The notes: a model not told the origin generated them from the letters alone. DNA of 64,000 bases from Saprospiraceae bacterium (GCA_965222975.1 CBDCVJ010000053.1:2269-66268), one strand, 5' to 3'. Positions 19,390 to 29,741 are shown, counted from the first letter of the stretch. A program made the numbers and translations.

Positions 19390-22294
19390 ATTTCACCACT
19401 ACCAATTTTCCTGCCGCCATTTCCTCCTCCTCATTTTTTATCTTAAAATAATAAACCCCATTATTTAATTCTGCTCCATTTATTTCAAACCGATTATTTT
19501 CAAAAATAAATTCTTGCACTAATTGACCATTCGAATTAAATAATGAAAATGTTTTTTTACCTGGTATATCAATACCATTTAATTCGATTATTGCATTTTT
19601 TGAAAAAGGGTTGGGAAAAACATTTGCAACAACAGCAGGATTACCAAGGGTATTTACAGAAACATATATTGGAATAAAGTCCTCCCCAACCTTATGGAAA
19701 GTAGTATTGGTAATGACAGGTGCATTAAAATCAAAATAAATAGCTGCACGATTATTTATTACGGAACCGAGTGGTATATTTTCTTTTTGCGAAATACGGT
19801 ATTTTACAAAGCCATGCGAAGCAGGTTCATTGGCAGTACTGTCCGGCAATAAAATATTATTAAAAGTGAATTTTAAAATACCGGGGCCGGAAATATCGAA
19901 TTCATATGGGCGGCTTGAAGCACCAGGGCGCACAGAGGTCACATCCAAAAAAGGAGAAAGCGTGTCTCTTATTACAACTCTAAAAGCTGTATCTGTTCCA
20001 GTGTTTTGAAAACGAATTAAATATTCGATGTCGATATTTTGTTCAATATAATGCTCATTGTCGTAGCCAGTGGGAAATGCCTGTTTATCATTAGGATCAT
20101 AGCTGCCGATATTTTCTCTGCAATCAATGTCAAGGAACGGGTCTGCATCGTCCATGGGGAATTGGTTCACAAAACCTGGGGTAAAGCCTTGGCCACAGCC
20201 TTCAATAACAAATGCTGGCATTGAGTTGCCAGGATGATTGGGTTCTTGGTTAGCTTCGAGACGATATGTTGCTCCAATGTTTTCAATGGAAACTTCTTGC
20301 ACGCCACCAGCTATCAATTGTTCAATATCGCCTGAATATAATATCACGTCGTCTTCAATGACGATGTATTCCAACCCTTGAGATAGTGTAGAATTTCCGT
20401 CGTTTTTAATGGAAAAGTGGATGGTGTCATTGACACAAATGCCGTTTACTTCCACGCTTCCACCTGACCAAGAGGGGGTTGGCAAACAGAGCGAATCAGG
20501 ATAGATATGTGCTTCGACGCAATGGGTCATGCCGAGGGGTGCATCGCAGTCCACTTCTACTTCGATGGTGAACTGGCCGCACTCTCCGATGCCTATGGTG
20601 TCGAGATCAAAAGTAAATATGTTGCCGTTTTGGTTGGTGAGGGGGAGGCTGCTGTTGAGGAAATTGAGGAAGGTGTCGAGGGTTATTTCGATATAAGGAC
20701 TGTCAGCAGATATTGTCCCATTGTTGCAATAATTAACGTAGTAAGTATTTTCGAAACACCGCCGAATAAAATTAGTTGAAATATCAGTTATTAAAAATGG
20801 ACATTCGACTTCGACAAATGATCCCATGTCGTTTATCATTGTATCATTGGGAAAAGGTATATTAATCTGTGTTGGATTCTCACAATAACCCCAATAATAA
20901 TATGGGTGAGTTGTGACAATATCGTATTCACCAGTATCAACTGTAAACTGGTAAAATCCATTTGAATCAACTAACTTAGTTTCGAAATAATCAAATCCCG
21001 ATATACTCACCAACCTGCCAGTTAAAGTTGGATCAGTTGCGTCAAAAATACAGTTGGAATCTAAATCATTAAATACATTACCTTTTATTAAATTATTAAA
21101 AGTAATACCAAGACTATTAGTTTCAACTAAATATATATCACTTTTATAATACCCACTGTTACCAATTTCTTCTTTTGAATCACCTAATATATGAAAGCGG
21201 CCATTAGAGCTTTTAATTATTTCATGAAAAATTTCGTCTTTAATTGCGTTGCCATATCTTTTTGCAAATGTTGGATTACCTAAAGAGTCGATTTTTAAAA
21301 CATAGGCATCTTCATCACCGTTACCGAACGATTTGGTTGATCCAACTGCGATAATACCTTCACCTGAATCAACTAAAACCGAATTAAAGGAATCATAATC
21401 ATTGCCGCCATAAGTTTTGCTCCATTGTAATTCTCCGTTTTCATTCAACTTAACTATAAGTGCATCAACACTTTGTAACCCCATATTAAATTGGTTTGTA
21501 TTGCCCACTAATATGAAACCGTTGTCTGAAGTAGGTTTTATTTTTACAACTCTTTGATGATCAGGGTAATCATATCTGTTTTGCCATAATTCGTTTCCAT
21601 CCTTATCAAGTTTAAGAATTAAAATATTATCAACATTTGTATAAGTCCCAAATCGCACACTTCCAATAATTATAATTTCTCCATCAGAATTAACTATTGC
21701 ATCGTTGGGAATAAAAGCAAAAGTGCTGTCCCCTTCAATTATTTTTTCCCATACCAAATCTCCATTTAAATCTCTTTTCTCTAATCTAAATTCTTTAGCA
21801 GAACTCCCTATGTAAGAAATTATCAAAATCTTTTCATCAGGCGTTTCAAGTATTTTTGGATAATAGCTTGCCAATCCGCTGGGATTATATTGTTCCCATT
21901 CTGTATTTCCAGCATTGTCTAATTTTCTTATAGAGAAATCAGAGTTGCTCCCACTGAAAGAATGGAAAGTTGCGGTAATAATACCTCCAGTGGACAGATG
22001 CATCAACTCTACAATTTTGCTGTACTGTACGTCTACATCGACTTCATATTTTTCCCACAAATGTGCGCCATCTATATCTGTTCTAATAAGGATTGCTTGG
22101 GCTGTATCCTCTCCTGGTACTGGATTAAGATCCAGCCTCCAGCCACCAATAATCAACCCGCCATCATTTGTTGTTGCCACACCATATAATCTTTCTTCTC
22201 CTCCTAAATCAATTAGCCTTTCAACAGTCTGTGATTTTGTGAAAAGAGAAAAAGAAAAAAGAAACAAAAAGAGAAAGTATATTTTATTTTTCAT
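19388..22294 (-). CDS. Large secreted beta-propeller / adhesin-like protein with T9SS C-terminal sorting domain
   Basis: Start moved to ATG 22294 (MKNKIYFLFLFLFSFSLF). Repeated propeller-like units. The C-terminus VFPNPFSKNAIIEL...GVYYFKIKNEEE...GKLVVVK is typical of T9SS type A CTDs. Confidence 0.75.
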   Translation of the reverse strand: MKNKIYFLFLFLFSFSLFTKSQTVERLIDLGGEERLYGVATTNDGGLIIGGWRLDLNPVPGEDTAQAILIRTDIDGAHLWEKYEVDVDVQYSKIVELMHLSTGGIITATFHSFSGSNSDFSIRKLDNAGNTEWEQYNPSGLASYYPKILETPDEKILIISYIGSSAKEFRLEKRDLNGDLVWEKIIEGDSTFAFIPNDAIVNSDGEIIIIGSVRFGTYTNVDNILILKLDKDGNELWQNRYDYPDHQRVVKIKPTSDNGFILVGNTNQFNMGLQSVDALIVKLNENGELQWSKTYGGNDYDSFNSVLVDSGEGIIAVGSTKSFGNGDEDAYVLKIDSLGNPTFAKRYGNAIKDEIFHEIIKSSNGRFHILGDSKEEIGNSGYYKSDIYLVETNSLGITFNNLIKGNVFNDLDSNCIFDATDPTLTGRLVSISGFDYFETKLVDSNGFYQFTVDTGEYDIVTTHPYYYWGYCENPTQINIPFPNDTMINDMGSFVEVECPFLITDISTNFIRRCFENTYYVNYCNNGTISADSPYIEITLDTFLNFLNSSLPLTNQNGNIFTFDLDTIGIGECGQFTIEVEVDCDAPLGMTHCVEAHIYPDSLCLPTPSWSGGSVEVNGICVNDTIHFSIKNDGNSTLSQGLEYIVIEDDVILYSGDIEQLIAGGVQEVSIENIGATYRLEANQEPNHPGNSMPAFVIEGCGQGFTPGFVNQFPMDDADPFLDIDCRENIGSYDPNDKQAFPTGYDNEHYIEQNIDIEYLIRFQNTGTDTAFRVVIRDTLSPFLDVTSVRPGASSRPYEFDISGPGILKFTFNNILLPDSTANEPASHGFVKYRISQKENIPLGSVINNRAAIYFDFNAPVITNTTFHKVGEDFIPIYVSVNTLGNPAVVANVFPNPFSKNAIIELNGIDIPGKKTFSLFNSNGQLVQEFIFENNRFEINGAELNNGVYYFKIKNEEEEMAAGKLVVVK

Positions 22295-22394
22295 AATAGG
22301 ATTGTTTAAAAGTGAAAAATTTTGGAAAGGTTCCATTTTAACGATGTATCCAACATAGCCAATAATTAGCTTGAGTTTATGCAAGTTGTTAGTA

Positions 22395-23390
22395 TTAGTT
22401 TTCATTTGTCCAGCTTATAAAGTCGTTGAAAATTGCAATCCATTTTCGCTCAATCTTTTTATTTTTCTTTTTAATCTTAAAGCCATGATCGCACCCCCTA
22501 CAAACTTTGTAAATCAGGTTTTTTTTACCCAATCTGGCAAATTCCAATGGAATGAGATAGGTACTCTCAATCGGTGCGCTTTCATCTTCAGTGGCAACGT
22601 GAACGTATAGTGGTATATCTATTTTCAGTAAATTATTAATAGGCGGCTCTGAATAACTCCACCAACGTAAATTTGTGTAACCTTCACTATTGATATTTGC
22701 AGTATCATTTGCTATTTCATTTACAAAACCGTCTATAGTTTCATCTATAATTTGTTGGGACTGCTTCGCTGAAATTTCTCCTTTATAGTATTGTTTGCGA
22801 TTCGCAAGGACAAAATCAAAGAAATCGGGCAATGCATTGCCTGACCAAAACCCAATATGTGTGATCTTGTTATTTTGCGTTCCCAATTTTGCTGCTACCA
22901 CAGCTCCTTCAGAATGTCCATAAACTATTATTTTTTCGAAGTCATAAAGAGAATCCAGATGGTTGATGGCTTCGTTTGCTCTAAAAACCCGGTTATCCAA
23001 TGAATTTCTTTCCTGATAAATTTTAGGTTTTGGAATGTTATCTTCGTCAATCACCTTTTCGAAGCCTATCTTTTCGATAGCAACATAAATGTAGTCAGCA
23101 GAAAGTTCTCTGAATTCACCCTTTAGGAAGCAGAGTTTTTGTATTTCATTTTTATTGATTCTGTACGAAAATAAAGGACTGGGATCGCTGCCTTGCAGGT
23201 ACACGATCAATTTGGATTTTGGGGAGTTGTCTTTTTGGAAGGTATAAAAAACAATTTTTTCGCCGTCGACAGTAATTGAATTTTCATCAAAACCATAATG
23301 ATTTAACAATTCCCTTTTGCTTGGCAATGTCTGTGTATGTAGATTTCCAAGTATGCAAAAAATTAAGATTAAGCCAATTAAATGCTTCAT
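22395..23390 (-). CDS. Secreted alpha/beta-hydrolase
   Basis: Signal peptide, nucleophile elbow GHSEGA, and late D/H residues (ATEDESAP, CDHGF). Confidence 0.65.
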   Translation of the reverse strand: MKHLIGLILIFCILGNLHTQTLPSKRELLNHYGFDENSITVDGEKIVFYTFQKDNSPKSKLIVYLQGSDPSPLFSYRINKNEIQKLCFLKGEFRELSADYIYVAIEKIGFEKVIDEDNIPKPKIYQERNSLDNRVFRANEAINHLDSLYDFEKIIVYGHSEGAVVAAKLGTQNNKITHIGFWSGNALPDFFDFVLANRKQYYKGEISAKQSQQIIDETIDGFVNEIANDTANINSEGYTNLRWWSYSEPPINNLLKIDIPLYVHVATEDESAPIESTYLIPLEFARLGKKNLIYKVCRGCDHGFKIKKKNKKIERKWIAIFNDFISWTNEN

Positions 23391-23562
23391 TACATTTTCA
23401 TTAATGATAATTCAGTGTATTTTATGCCTCAAAATTGAGGTCTTGCCAAGTAAATAACAAATACAAAAATGGTAATTTGCCAATCAAAATATATTGTAAA
23501 ATACTGATTATTAAAAATTTATAATAAATTTACCAGAAAAAATAGTTTATATTCTTTCCAAA

Positions 23563-25008
23563 ATGCAAAATACCTTACTATTAAAATCAATAAAGCGGTT
23601 GACCAAGGAAGATTTCCACCAACTCCGCAAGTTCGTCCGCTCTCCTTATTTCAACCAACGGGACGATGTGATCTGCCTGTTTGACTATTTCGACCAAGTG
23701 CTGAATAGCAAGAAAGGTGGCTCGATAAAAAAGCAAGACGTTTGGAAAGCTGTTTTCCCAAAACAAAAATTCCATGACAAGACGCTGCATTACACGGCTT
23801 CATTTTTATTAAAGGCGATCAAACAATACCTTGCAATATCGGAGGCACAAGAAGATATGTTACAACAACAAATCCACCTCTGTAAGGCATTGCAAAAAAG
23901 GGGCATGGCAAAATCCTTTGAAAAAGAACTGACGAACACAAAAGCATTACAACAAAAGCAGAACCGTCGCAACATTCGCTATCACTTCAACCGCTACCAA
24001 ATAGAAATGGAGCTGTCGGCCCATACCATGCAACAGCGCCGCAGTGGCGAGATGAACCTGCAAACCGTCCACGATGAACTGACCACCTATTTCATCGCCG
24101 AAACGTTGCGGCAGGGCTGTACCATCCTCACCCACCAAACGATGTCGAAACAAGTGTATGATTTAAAATTGTTGGACGAAGTGCTGGCGTTGGTGGAGTC
24201 GGGTGGGTATGACGAGGTGACGGCTATGATGGTGTATTACAATGCATTCAAAGCGCTTTCAGGTGGCAATGAACAGTTGGCATCAGGCGATGAAAGATCG
24301 GCAAGTGGAAAGGATGTTTACTTTTTTGAGTTGAAGAAATTGATTGAAAGTGTGGGAAATGAATTTCCCAGCTACGAGTTGCGGGACATTTACTTATTGG
24401 CGATCAATTTTTGTATCAAAAAACTGAATGCAGGGGAGCGGCAGTACATACGGGAGGCATTTGAATTGTACCGCCTTGGGCTGGAAAATAAAGCGCTACT
24501 TGAAAACGGCATCCTATCTTCCTACACCTATAAAAACATCACCCGGCTGGGCATGAACCTTGGTGAGACGGAATGGGTCGGCCAGTTTTTGGAAAGTTTT
24601 AAAAAGTACTTGCCGCCACGGGAACGGGACAACAGTTGGCGTTACAACTTGGCGTTTTTCCATTTCCAACAGGCGGATTATGACAGTGCCATGCGGTTGC
24701 TCCGTCTGGTCGAGTTCCATGATGTGCTGAACAACCTTGATGCCCGGCGAATGCTGCTCAGAAGTTACTTCGAGTTGGGTGAGTTCACTGCGTTGGATAG
24801 CCTACTCGACAGTTTTAAAGCCTACCTCCGCCGCATGGCAGATCATGGATACCATCGAGAGAATTACCTGAACCTGGTGCGTTTTATCAAAAAATTGATG
24901 AAGGTGGATAAGGGAGATAAGAAGGCGATAACGGCCATCCGTTCAGAAGTAGCCACGACGGAACGAGTGGCAGAGAAGGAGTGGTTGCTGGGGAAATTGG
25001 GAAATTAG
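23563..25008 (+). CDS. All-alpha helical-repeat (TPR-like) protein, function unknown
   Basis: 481 aa, predicted helical throughout with TPR-like pairs in the C-terminal half (YNLAFFHFQQADYDSAMRLL, ARRMLLRSYFELGEF). No Walker A/P-loop seen. Confidence 0.5.
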   Translation: MQNTLLLKSIKRLTKEDFHQLRKFVRSPYFNQRDDVICLFDYFDQVLNSKKGGSIKKQDVWKAVFPKQKFHDKTLHYTASFLLKAIKQYLAISEAQEDMLQQQIHLCKALQKRGMAKSFEKELTNTKALQQKQNRRNIRYHFNRYQIEMELSAHTMQQRRSGEMNLQTVHDELTTYFIAETLRQGCTILTHQTMSKQVYDLKLLDEVLALVESGGYDEVTAMMVYYNAFKALSGGNEQLASGDERSASGKDVYFFELKKLIESVGNEFPSYELRDIYLLAINFCIKKLNAGERQYIREAFELYRLGLENKALLENGILSSYTYKNITRLGMNLGETEWVGQFLESFKKYLPPRERDNSWRYNLAFFHFQQADYDSAMRLLRLVEFHDVLNNLDARRMLLRSYFELGEFTALDSLLDSFKAYLRRMADHGYHRENYLNLVRFIKKLMKVDKGDKKAITAIRSEVATTERVAEKEWLLGKLGN

Positions 25009-25066
25009 AAATTGACCGAACTTGAAATGCTTTTATATAATTTCCCAATTTCTAATTTCTAATCTC

Positions 25067-25074
25067 TACTTTTG
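25067..25074 (+). promoter_or_regulatory. Candidate Bacteroidota -7 promoter box (TActTTTG) for the TIR gene
   Basis: Matches TAnnTTTG, 38 nt upstream of ATG 25112. Confidence 0.4.
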
Positions 25075-25111
25075 GCTTTTCATCAAAAACAAACTCATAC
25101 GCCCACAACCC

Positions 25112-25954
25112 ATGTCAAAGCAAGAAATCATTGACCTCATCATGAGGGACGAGATCGACACGGCCATCAAAGCCATTCAAATAGCGACCAAGACCAGCAA
25201 CGACATCATTCTGCAATCGTCGAGATGGAACAGCCTCCAAAAGGAAATGACTGCTGGTACCATTAGCGATGATAACGCTAAACTGAACAAAAACAAGATT
25301 GTCAGTGGTTTGCTGACCCTTGCCAGAAGGTTGCCTGATGATGTGGTGGTAGAGGGGATTGAAATACACCAATCGGCAGCACGTGCCAACCCTTATTTCA
25401 AGGGAGGCTCCAAGGTTTTTATTTCATACAATCATAAAGACAAGGCGGAGGCCCAACGCATCCGGAATTTTTTTAAAGAAAACAACATACCTGTTACCAT
25501 CGACTCGGAGGCCATGAAAGCCGGCGAAGACATTAAATCCTTCATCAATAAATGTATCCGGGAAACGAACGTGACCATCTCTCTGGTTTCGACCAACAGC
25601 CTGATGTCGGCCTGGGTTGGTATGGAGTCAATTAATACATTGGTGGGGGAACAGATTGCCGATAAGAAGTTCATTGCACTGGCTATCGAAACGAGTTTCT
25701 TCGAACGATCATTCGTGCGGACGGCGGTGGAACAAATCAACAAAACGATGGAGGAAATCGATGATGAAGTGAAGTGGCGGCTTGAAAACAACGTCGGTAT
25801 GGAAGACCTGCAAAATGAGCGTAGCCGTTATAGCGATCTGAAATCTAAACTGCCCAGCATCGTTGCCAACTTGAAGGAGCGTTTGACGATCGATATTACT
25901 GGGGACAATTTTGAGCCGGGCATGCAGCGTGTTTTAGAAACGATTAAGGCATAA
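25112..25954 (+). CDS. TIR-domain protein with N-terminal effector-associated-domain-like helical module
   Basis: Start moved to ATG 25112 (MSKQEIIDLI). TIR core reads KVFISYNHKDKAEAQRIRNFFKENNIPVTIDSEAMKAGEDI...ISLVSTNSLMSAWVGMES, including the conserved Glu position. The N-terminal ~90 aa (IDTAIKAIQ...ILQSSRWNSLQKEMTAGTISDDNAKLNKNKIVSGLL) resemble EAD-type adaptor helices. C-terminal coiled coil. Confidence 0.75.
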   Translation: MSKQEIIDLIMRDEIDTAIKAIQIATKTSNDIILQSSRWNSLQKEMTAGTISDDNAKLNKNKIVSGLLTLARRLPDDVVVEGIEIHQSAARANPYFKGGSKVFISYNHKDKAEAQRIRNFFKENNIPVTIDSEAMKAGEDIKSFINKCIRETNVTISLVSTNSLMSAWVGMESINTLVGEQIADKKFIALAIETSFFERSFVRTAVEQINKTMEEIDDEVKWRLENNVGMEDLQNERSRYSDLKSKLPSIVANLKERLTIDITGDNFEPGMQRVLETIKA

Positions 25955-25958
25955 GAAA

Positions 25959-26034
25959 ACAAGTGCATATCGGAATGCAAAAGACCCGTTCCTATTTTTA
26001 GGAACGGGTCTTTTGCATTCCGATATGCACTTGT
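25959..26034. terminator. 36-bp perfect palindrome (loop TTTT), a bidirectional terminator-like hairpin
   Basis: 25959-25994 pairs without mismatch to 25999-26034. The inner part AAAAGACCCGTTCCTA-TTTT-TAGGAACGGGTCTTTT is a classic terminator. Lies between convergent genes. Confidence 0.8.
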
Positions 26035-26052
26035 AATATGGTAATTTAAGTC

Positions 26053-26598
26053 TCAATCATTCGCTACTGCCTTCCAATCCAGGCTGTTGATTATATTTTC
26101 TAAATAAGCCTCAAACTCGGCCAGTTTTGCAGGACCCTCGTGGGTGTTTTTCACCGTTTTCACTATGTCTCCGATGCGCAGGAAAGTAATAGTAGATGGT
26201 AGATCGGCTACTTTATGCTCCACTGGATATTCATTGTAGAAATCAAAATAGTGAACTTCTGCGGCTTTTTCCCGAATATTTTTGATGGCATTTTCGCCCA
26301 GTTTGGCCTCATAGTGGCCTTTGCGATCCACATTCATTTTCCCATGCCAAGTAGCAGTATTGTTAGTGAAAAATTTCACCTCATACACTGGGCATTTCCC
26401 AAAGCAGGCTGTTTTTTTGAAGCCGACAGTTTGATAAACTTCTGTGGCAGGTTGTTCTTCTGCTTTGTCTTGCTCATCAGGTACTTCCGCAATTTCTTCT
26501 TTGGCTTTGTCTTTCGTGTCCTGTGCCTTTTTGTGGTTGCAGGCAAAGAATAATGCAAGGAATGCCAATGTAGCAAATGTGAGGATGGTGGTTTTCAT
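26053..26598 (-). CDS. Lipoprotein with Cys-containing beta domain (DUF6438-like)
   Basis: Lipobox LALFFAC. The motif CFGKCPVYEVKFFTNNTATWHGKMNVDRKGHYEAKL matches my recollection of DUF6438. Family name is tentative. Confidence 0.5.
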   Translation of the reverse strand: MKTTILTFATLAFLALFFACNHKKAQDTKDKAKEEIAEVPDEQDKAEEQPATEVYQTVGFKKTACFGKCPVYEVKFFTNNTATWHGKMNVDRKGHYEAKLGENAIKNIREKAAEVHYFDFYNEYPVEHKVADLPSTITFLRIGDIVKTVKNTHEGPAKLAEFEAYLENIINSLDWKAVAND

Positions 26599-26674
26599 AT
26601 TTTAGTTTTTATGGCTTCATTGTTACATGGCTTTTTTGTTCCATTGCCTTTGAACAATGAGGCCATGAAACAAT

Positions 26675-28621
26675 TTACCTCTTCCTTTTCTTGGAGGAGC
26701 CAGCTGCTTTGGCTGCCTCCCTTTGTGCGGCCAGCGCTTGCTGTTGTTTCATGGCTTCTTCTAAGCGGCTTCCGAATCCACTTTTCTTTTTGGGCTTCTT
26801 TTTATAGGCTTCGAGATCGGCCTTGATTTTATCGTGGTCTATGATGATGTTTTTCGTGATGAGTGTTTGGGCGATATTGAACAGGTTACTGAAAACGAGG
26901 TAGCATGTGAGGCCGGAGGCGAAGTTATTGAAAAAGAACAAAAAGAAGATGGGCATGAGGAATTGCATGTACTTCATCATTTTGGCGTTGGCGCCGCCCA
27001 TATTGGCCATGTCCATTTGCTGCATATTGTAGTAGGTATAGATCAGCGTCGTAATGACCCACAACAAGGTGAACAGGCTTAAATGGTATTGGTCGGTAAA
27101 TGGGATATTAAATGGAAGCCAGATAGCTGCATCGTAACTTGATAAGTCGGTCGCCCAGAGAAACCCTTCTTGCCGAAACTCAATAGAGGCAGGGAAAAAA
27201 CGGTAAAGGGCGATCCAGACCGGCATCTGCAATACCATCGGCATACATCCACTGAGTGGGTTGACACCAAACTCCCGATACATCTTCATGCTCTCCATTT
27301 GTATTTTCGTCTGGTCGTCTTTGAATTTGTCTTTCAATGAAGATAGCCTGGGTTTCAAAGCAGCCATTTTTGCTTGCGAATGAAGCATCTTATAAGTTAA
27401 AGGGTACAGGGCCATTTTAACGATGAGCGTCAGCACAAGGATGACGATCCCTTTTGTTCCGATAAAACCAGAGAGGAAGTTGAACAGAGGCCGGATGATC
27501 CATCTATTGGCTGTACCAATGATACTACGGCCAAAGGGTACAATGTACTTGATTTCCTGGCCATATTCTGCGAGGATTTCGTAGTCTTTTGGCCCCATAT
27601 ACAATTCCATGGCAAAAGTCTCTTGATCCGTAGGCACTTGCAATTTAGAGTGGACTATTTTCAGGTCAGGATTGTCTTTCCTATTGTTGGAGTCAAACAC
27701 CTTTGTTTCAAATACCCCCCCCTTGAACGGCCTATCCTTAGTCATCAGGATACTGGCAAAAAACTGGTTGGAATGCGACATCCACTGGATGGGTTCGGAG
27801 GGCAGCTCATCTTTATCTTCCTGCATACAATTACAGTAGTCATAGTCGTTGTCAGCAGGTTTATAATATACCGACGAGTACATATGCTCGTAAGTATAGT
27901 TCAGTTCAAGGCGGTCGAGGTATTCTTCCCAATTGAGTTCAATAGAATTACTGGGTGTTGCTAATACATTTCCCAATCCTTTAAACTGGACATTGTAGTC
28001 CATGCCATAGCTTCCTTCTTTGAGGGAATAAACTTGTTCGAAATAACGGCCTTGACCTGCATCGGCCCTGAAAGTGATGGAATTACCTTTCACAGATGGT
28101 GTAAAAAATAAGTCTTGGGAGCTGACTTTTTTACCTGCCGCATTTGCCACAGGGAGAATGTATTCGAAACGGTTCTTTTCGTCCTCCATCAAGTATAGCG
28201 GAACTTGGTGTTCCTTCTTCAAGGAGTCCCGCTCCATTTTAAAATGTTTTTTCAATAAAACCCGCTTAATGCGTCCTCCCTTGTTCGAAAAGGTGATCTT
28301 CATTAGGTCATTTTCCAATACTTGGGTCTTTTCTTCTCCATTGGCAGCGTGGTAAAAGTCGCCGTACTGCAACTGCAATTTCATTTGTTCTTCTGCAGCT
28401 TTGGCAGAATCGGGTTCTGAAGTTGGGGAAGTAGGTGTAGTGGCTGGGGTGGGTTGGGCAATCTGCTGTTCTTCCTCCAGTAGTTGTTGCTCGACCTGTG
28501 CAATGGAATCTTGGAGGCGTTGCTCTTCCATTCGCTTTTCAGCATCAGGAGCCATCATCATGTTCCAGACGAGCAATATTCCAAAAATCAGTATAAATCC
28601 AGTGATAGTATTTTTGTCCAT
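26675..28621 (-). CDS. yidC: Membrane protein insertase YidC
   Basis: 648 aa. N-terminal TM, large periplasmic domain, conserved core LSGCMPMVLQMPVWIALYRFF, and a basic C-terminal tail. Confidence 0.9.
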   Translation of the reverse strand: MDKNTITGFILIFGILLVWNMMMAPDAEKRMEEQRLQDSIAQVEQQLLEEEQQIAQPTPATTPTSPTSEPDSAKAAEEQMKLQLQYGDFYHAANGEEKTQVLENDLMKITFSNKGGRIKRVLLKKHFKMERDSLKKEHQVPLYLMEDEKNRFEYILPVANAAGKKVSSQDLFFTPSVKGNSITFRADAGQGRYFEQVYSLKEGSYGMDYNVQFKGLGNVLATPSNSIELNWEEYLDRLELNYTYEHMYSSVYYKPADNDYDYCNCMQEDKDELPSEPIQWMSHSNQFFASILMTKDRPFKGGVFETKVFDSNNRKDNPDLKIVHSKLQVPTDQETFAMELYMGPKDYEILAEYGQEIKYIVPFGRSIIGTANRWIIRPLFNFLSGFIGTKGIVILVLTLIVKMALYPLTYKMLHSQAKMAALKPRLSSLKDKFKDDQTKIQMESMKMYREFGVNPLSGCMPMVLQMPVWIALYRFFPASIEFRQEGFLWATDLSSYDAAIWLPFNIPFTDQYHLSLFTLLWVITTLIYTYYNMQQMDMANMGGANAKMMKYMQFLMPIFFLFFFNNFASGLTCYLVFSNLFNIAQTLITKNIIIDHDKIKADLEAYKKKPKKKSGFGSRLEEAMKQQQALAAQREAAKAAGSSKKRKR

Positions 28622-28855
28622 TCTATCGGCGTTTATTCGGAAACAAGAAATTTACTCAATATTAATGGGGCATAATTGCTAACAAAATGGGGGCTTTTTA
28701 ACATGAGTCCTCCAATTTCAAATTTCTCAATTTCGAATAGTTTCTATTTGTTTACCTGTTTTTTCAAATTGGCTGCAAAGGTAAGTTTTTCCCAATGACA
28801 AGGTGGTGTCTATGGACGATTGAAGGGAAATGATAGTCGAATGGAAAGAATAGAC

Positions 28856-28885
28856 AAAAAAAAAGCGCAACGATAATCGCTGCGC
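28856..28885 (-). terminator. Rho-independent terminator downstream of 28962-29741
   Basis: Minus strand reads GCGCAGCG-ATTAT-CGTTGCGC (one G-U pair) followed by T9. Confidence 0.7.
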
Positions 28886-28961
28886 ACTCACGTTTTTGTG
28901 TTTAAATGCTGAATCATTAATCTGGTCAGTTGCAGTTTAATTAACCGGACAACCAACCCTT

Positions 28962-29741
28962 TCATATATATTTCTCAGATAAGTAATTTGGTAGCTTGAT
29001 GATTTTGTCGTCGTGCAACGACTTCAACATCATATTGTTACAAAAACCAGTCCTGACAAGAAAGGATTTAGAAATTTTTTCAAAAAGAGCTGATATTTCT
29101 TCCTTTCTTACCTCTCCATCTTCATAATAATTGAGCGCCATGGCTATGAGCAAGCGGGTTCTCACTTCTTCCAGTTCTCCTGCATCGGGATCGGGCATCA
29201 TCCCTTCCAATACACCTAAAGAACGTTTGCTATACTTAATGGCCCTTTCCGACCAATACTTCCTTCCCTTCGTTGCATTGGCCGTAGTGCCCAAAATGGT
29301 GGAAGCGATGCTGAGGTTTTTAAATTTTAACATCAATTCTTCCGTTGACAAGGAAGTGTCATCGTAGCTGCCCAAAAGGGACAGCCATAACATAGCGTCC
29401 TTTTCGAGCGATTTGTTAGCTGACTCCATTTGAGCCAGACGGTTTTCTTGTTGATCCTCTCTGTGTAGTTTTTCAAAAAAAACTGCACTTTCTGCTTGTT
29501 CAAATGGCGGATCAAGAAGAAACTCTCCTAACCAAGCGGCAATGGTCAGAAGTATAACCAATGGCATAGCCAACATGGCTGCGCCATTGCAGGTTTGCAT
29601 GTCCCAAATTTTTGGAAATTGTCGGTGTAATAGTTCCCTGAAGCGTCGAACGGCCTTTTTAGGAATCGCTAATAAGGTTTTAGAGCTTACTGCATAATTC
29701 TTTATGCTTGTGATCAACTGCTTTGTACTCACGATGTTCAT
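28962..29741 (-). CDS. Hypothetical membrane-anchored helical protein
   Basis: 259-aa ORF with one TM helix (AAMLAMPLVILLTIAAWL). No family recognised. Confidence 0.45.
   Translation of the reverse strand: MNIVSTKQLITSIKNYAVSSKTLLAIPKKAVRRFRELLHRQFPKIWDMQTCNGAAMLAMPLVILLTIAAWLGEFLLDPPFEQAESAVFFEKLHREDQQENRLAQMESANKSLEKDAMLWLSLLGSYDDTSLSTEELMLKFKNLSIASTILGTTANATKGRKYWSERAIKYSKRSLGVLEGMMPDPDAGELEEVRTRLLIAMALNYYEDGEVRKEEISALFEKISKSFLVRTGFCNNMMLKSLHDDKIIKLPNYLSEKYI

Noticed and set aside
26618-26633. Shared 15-mer ATTGTTACATGGCTT with 61009-61023 as evidence of a specific repeat element
   Set aside because: A few exact 15-mer coincidences are expected among all position pairs in a 64-kb AT-biased window. 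I kept it only as part of the low-interest note on spacer word style.
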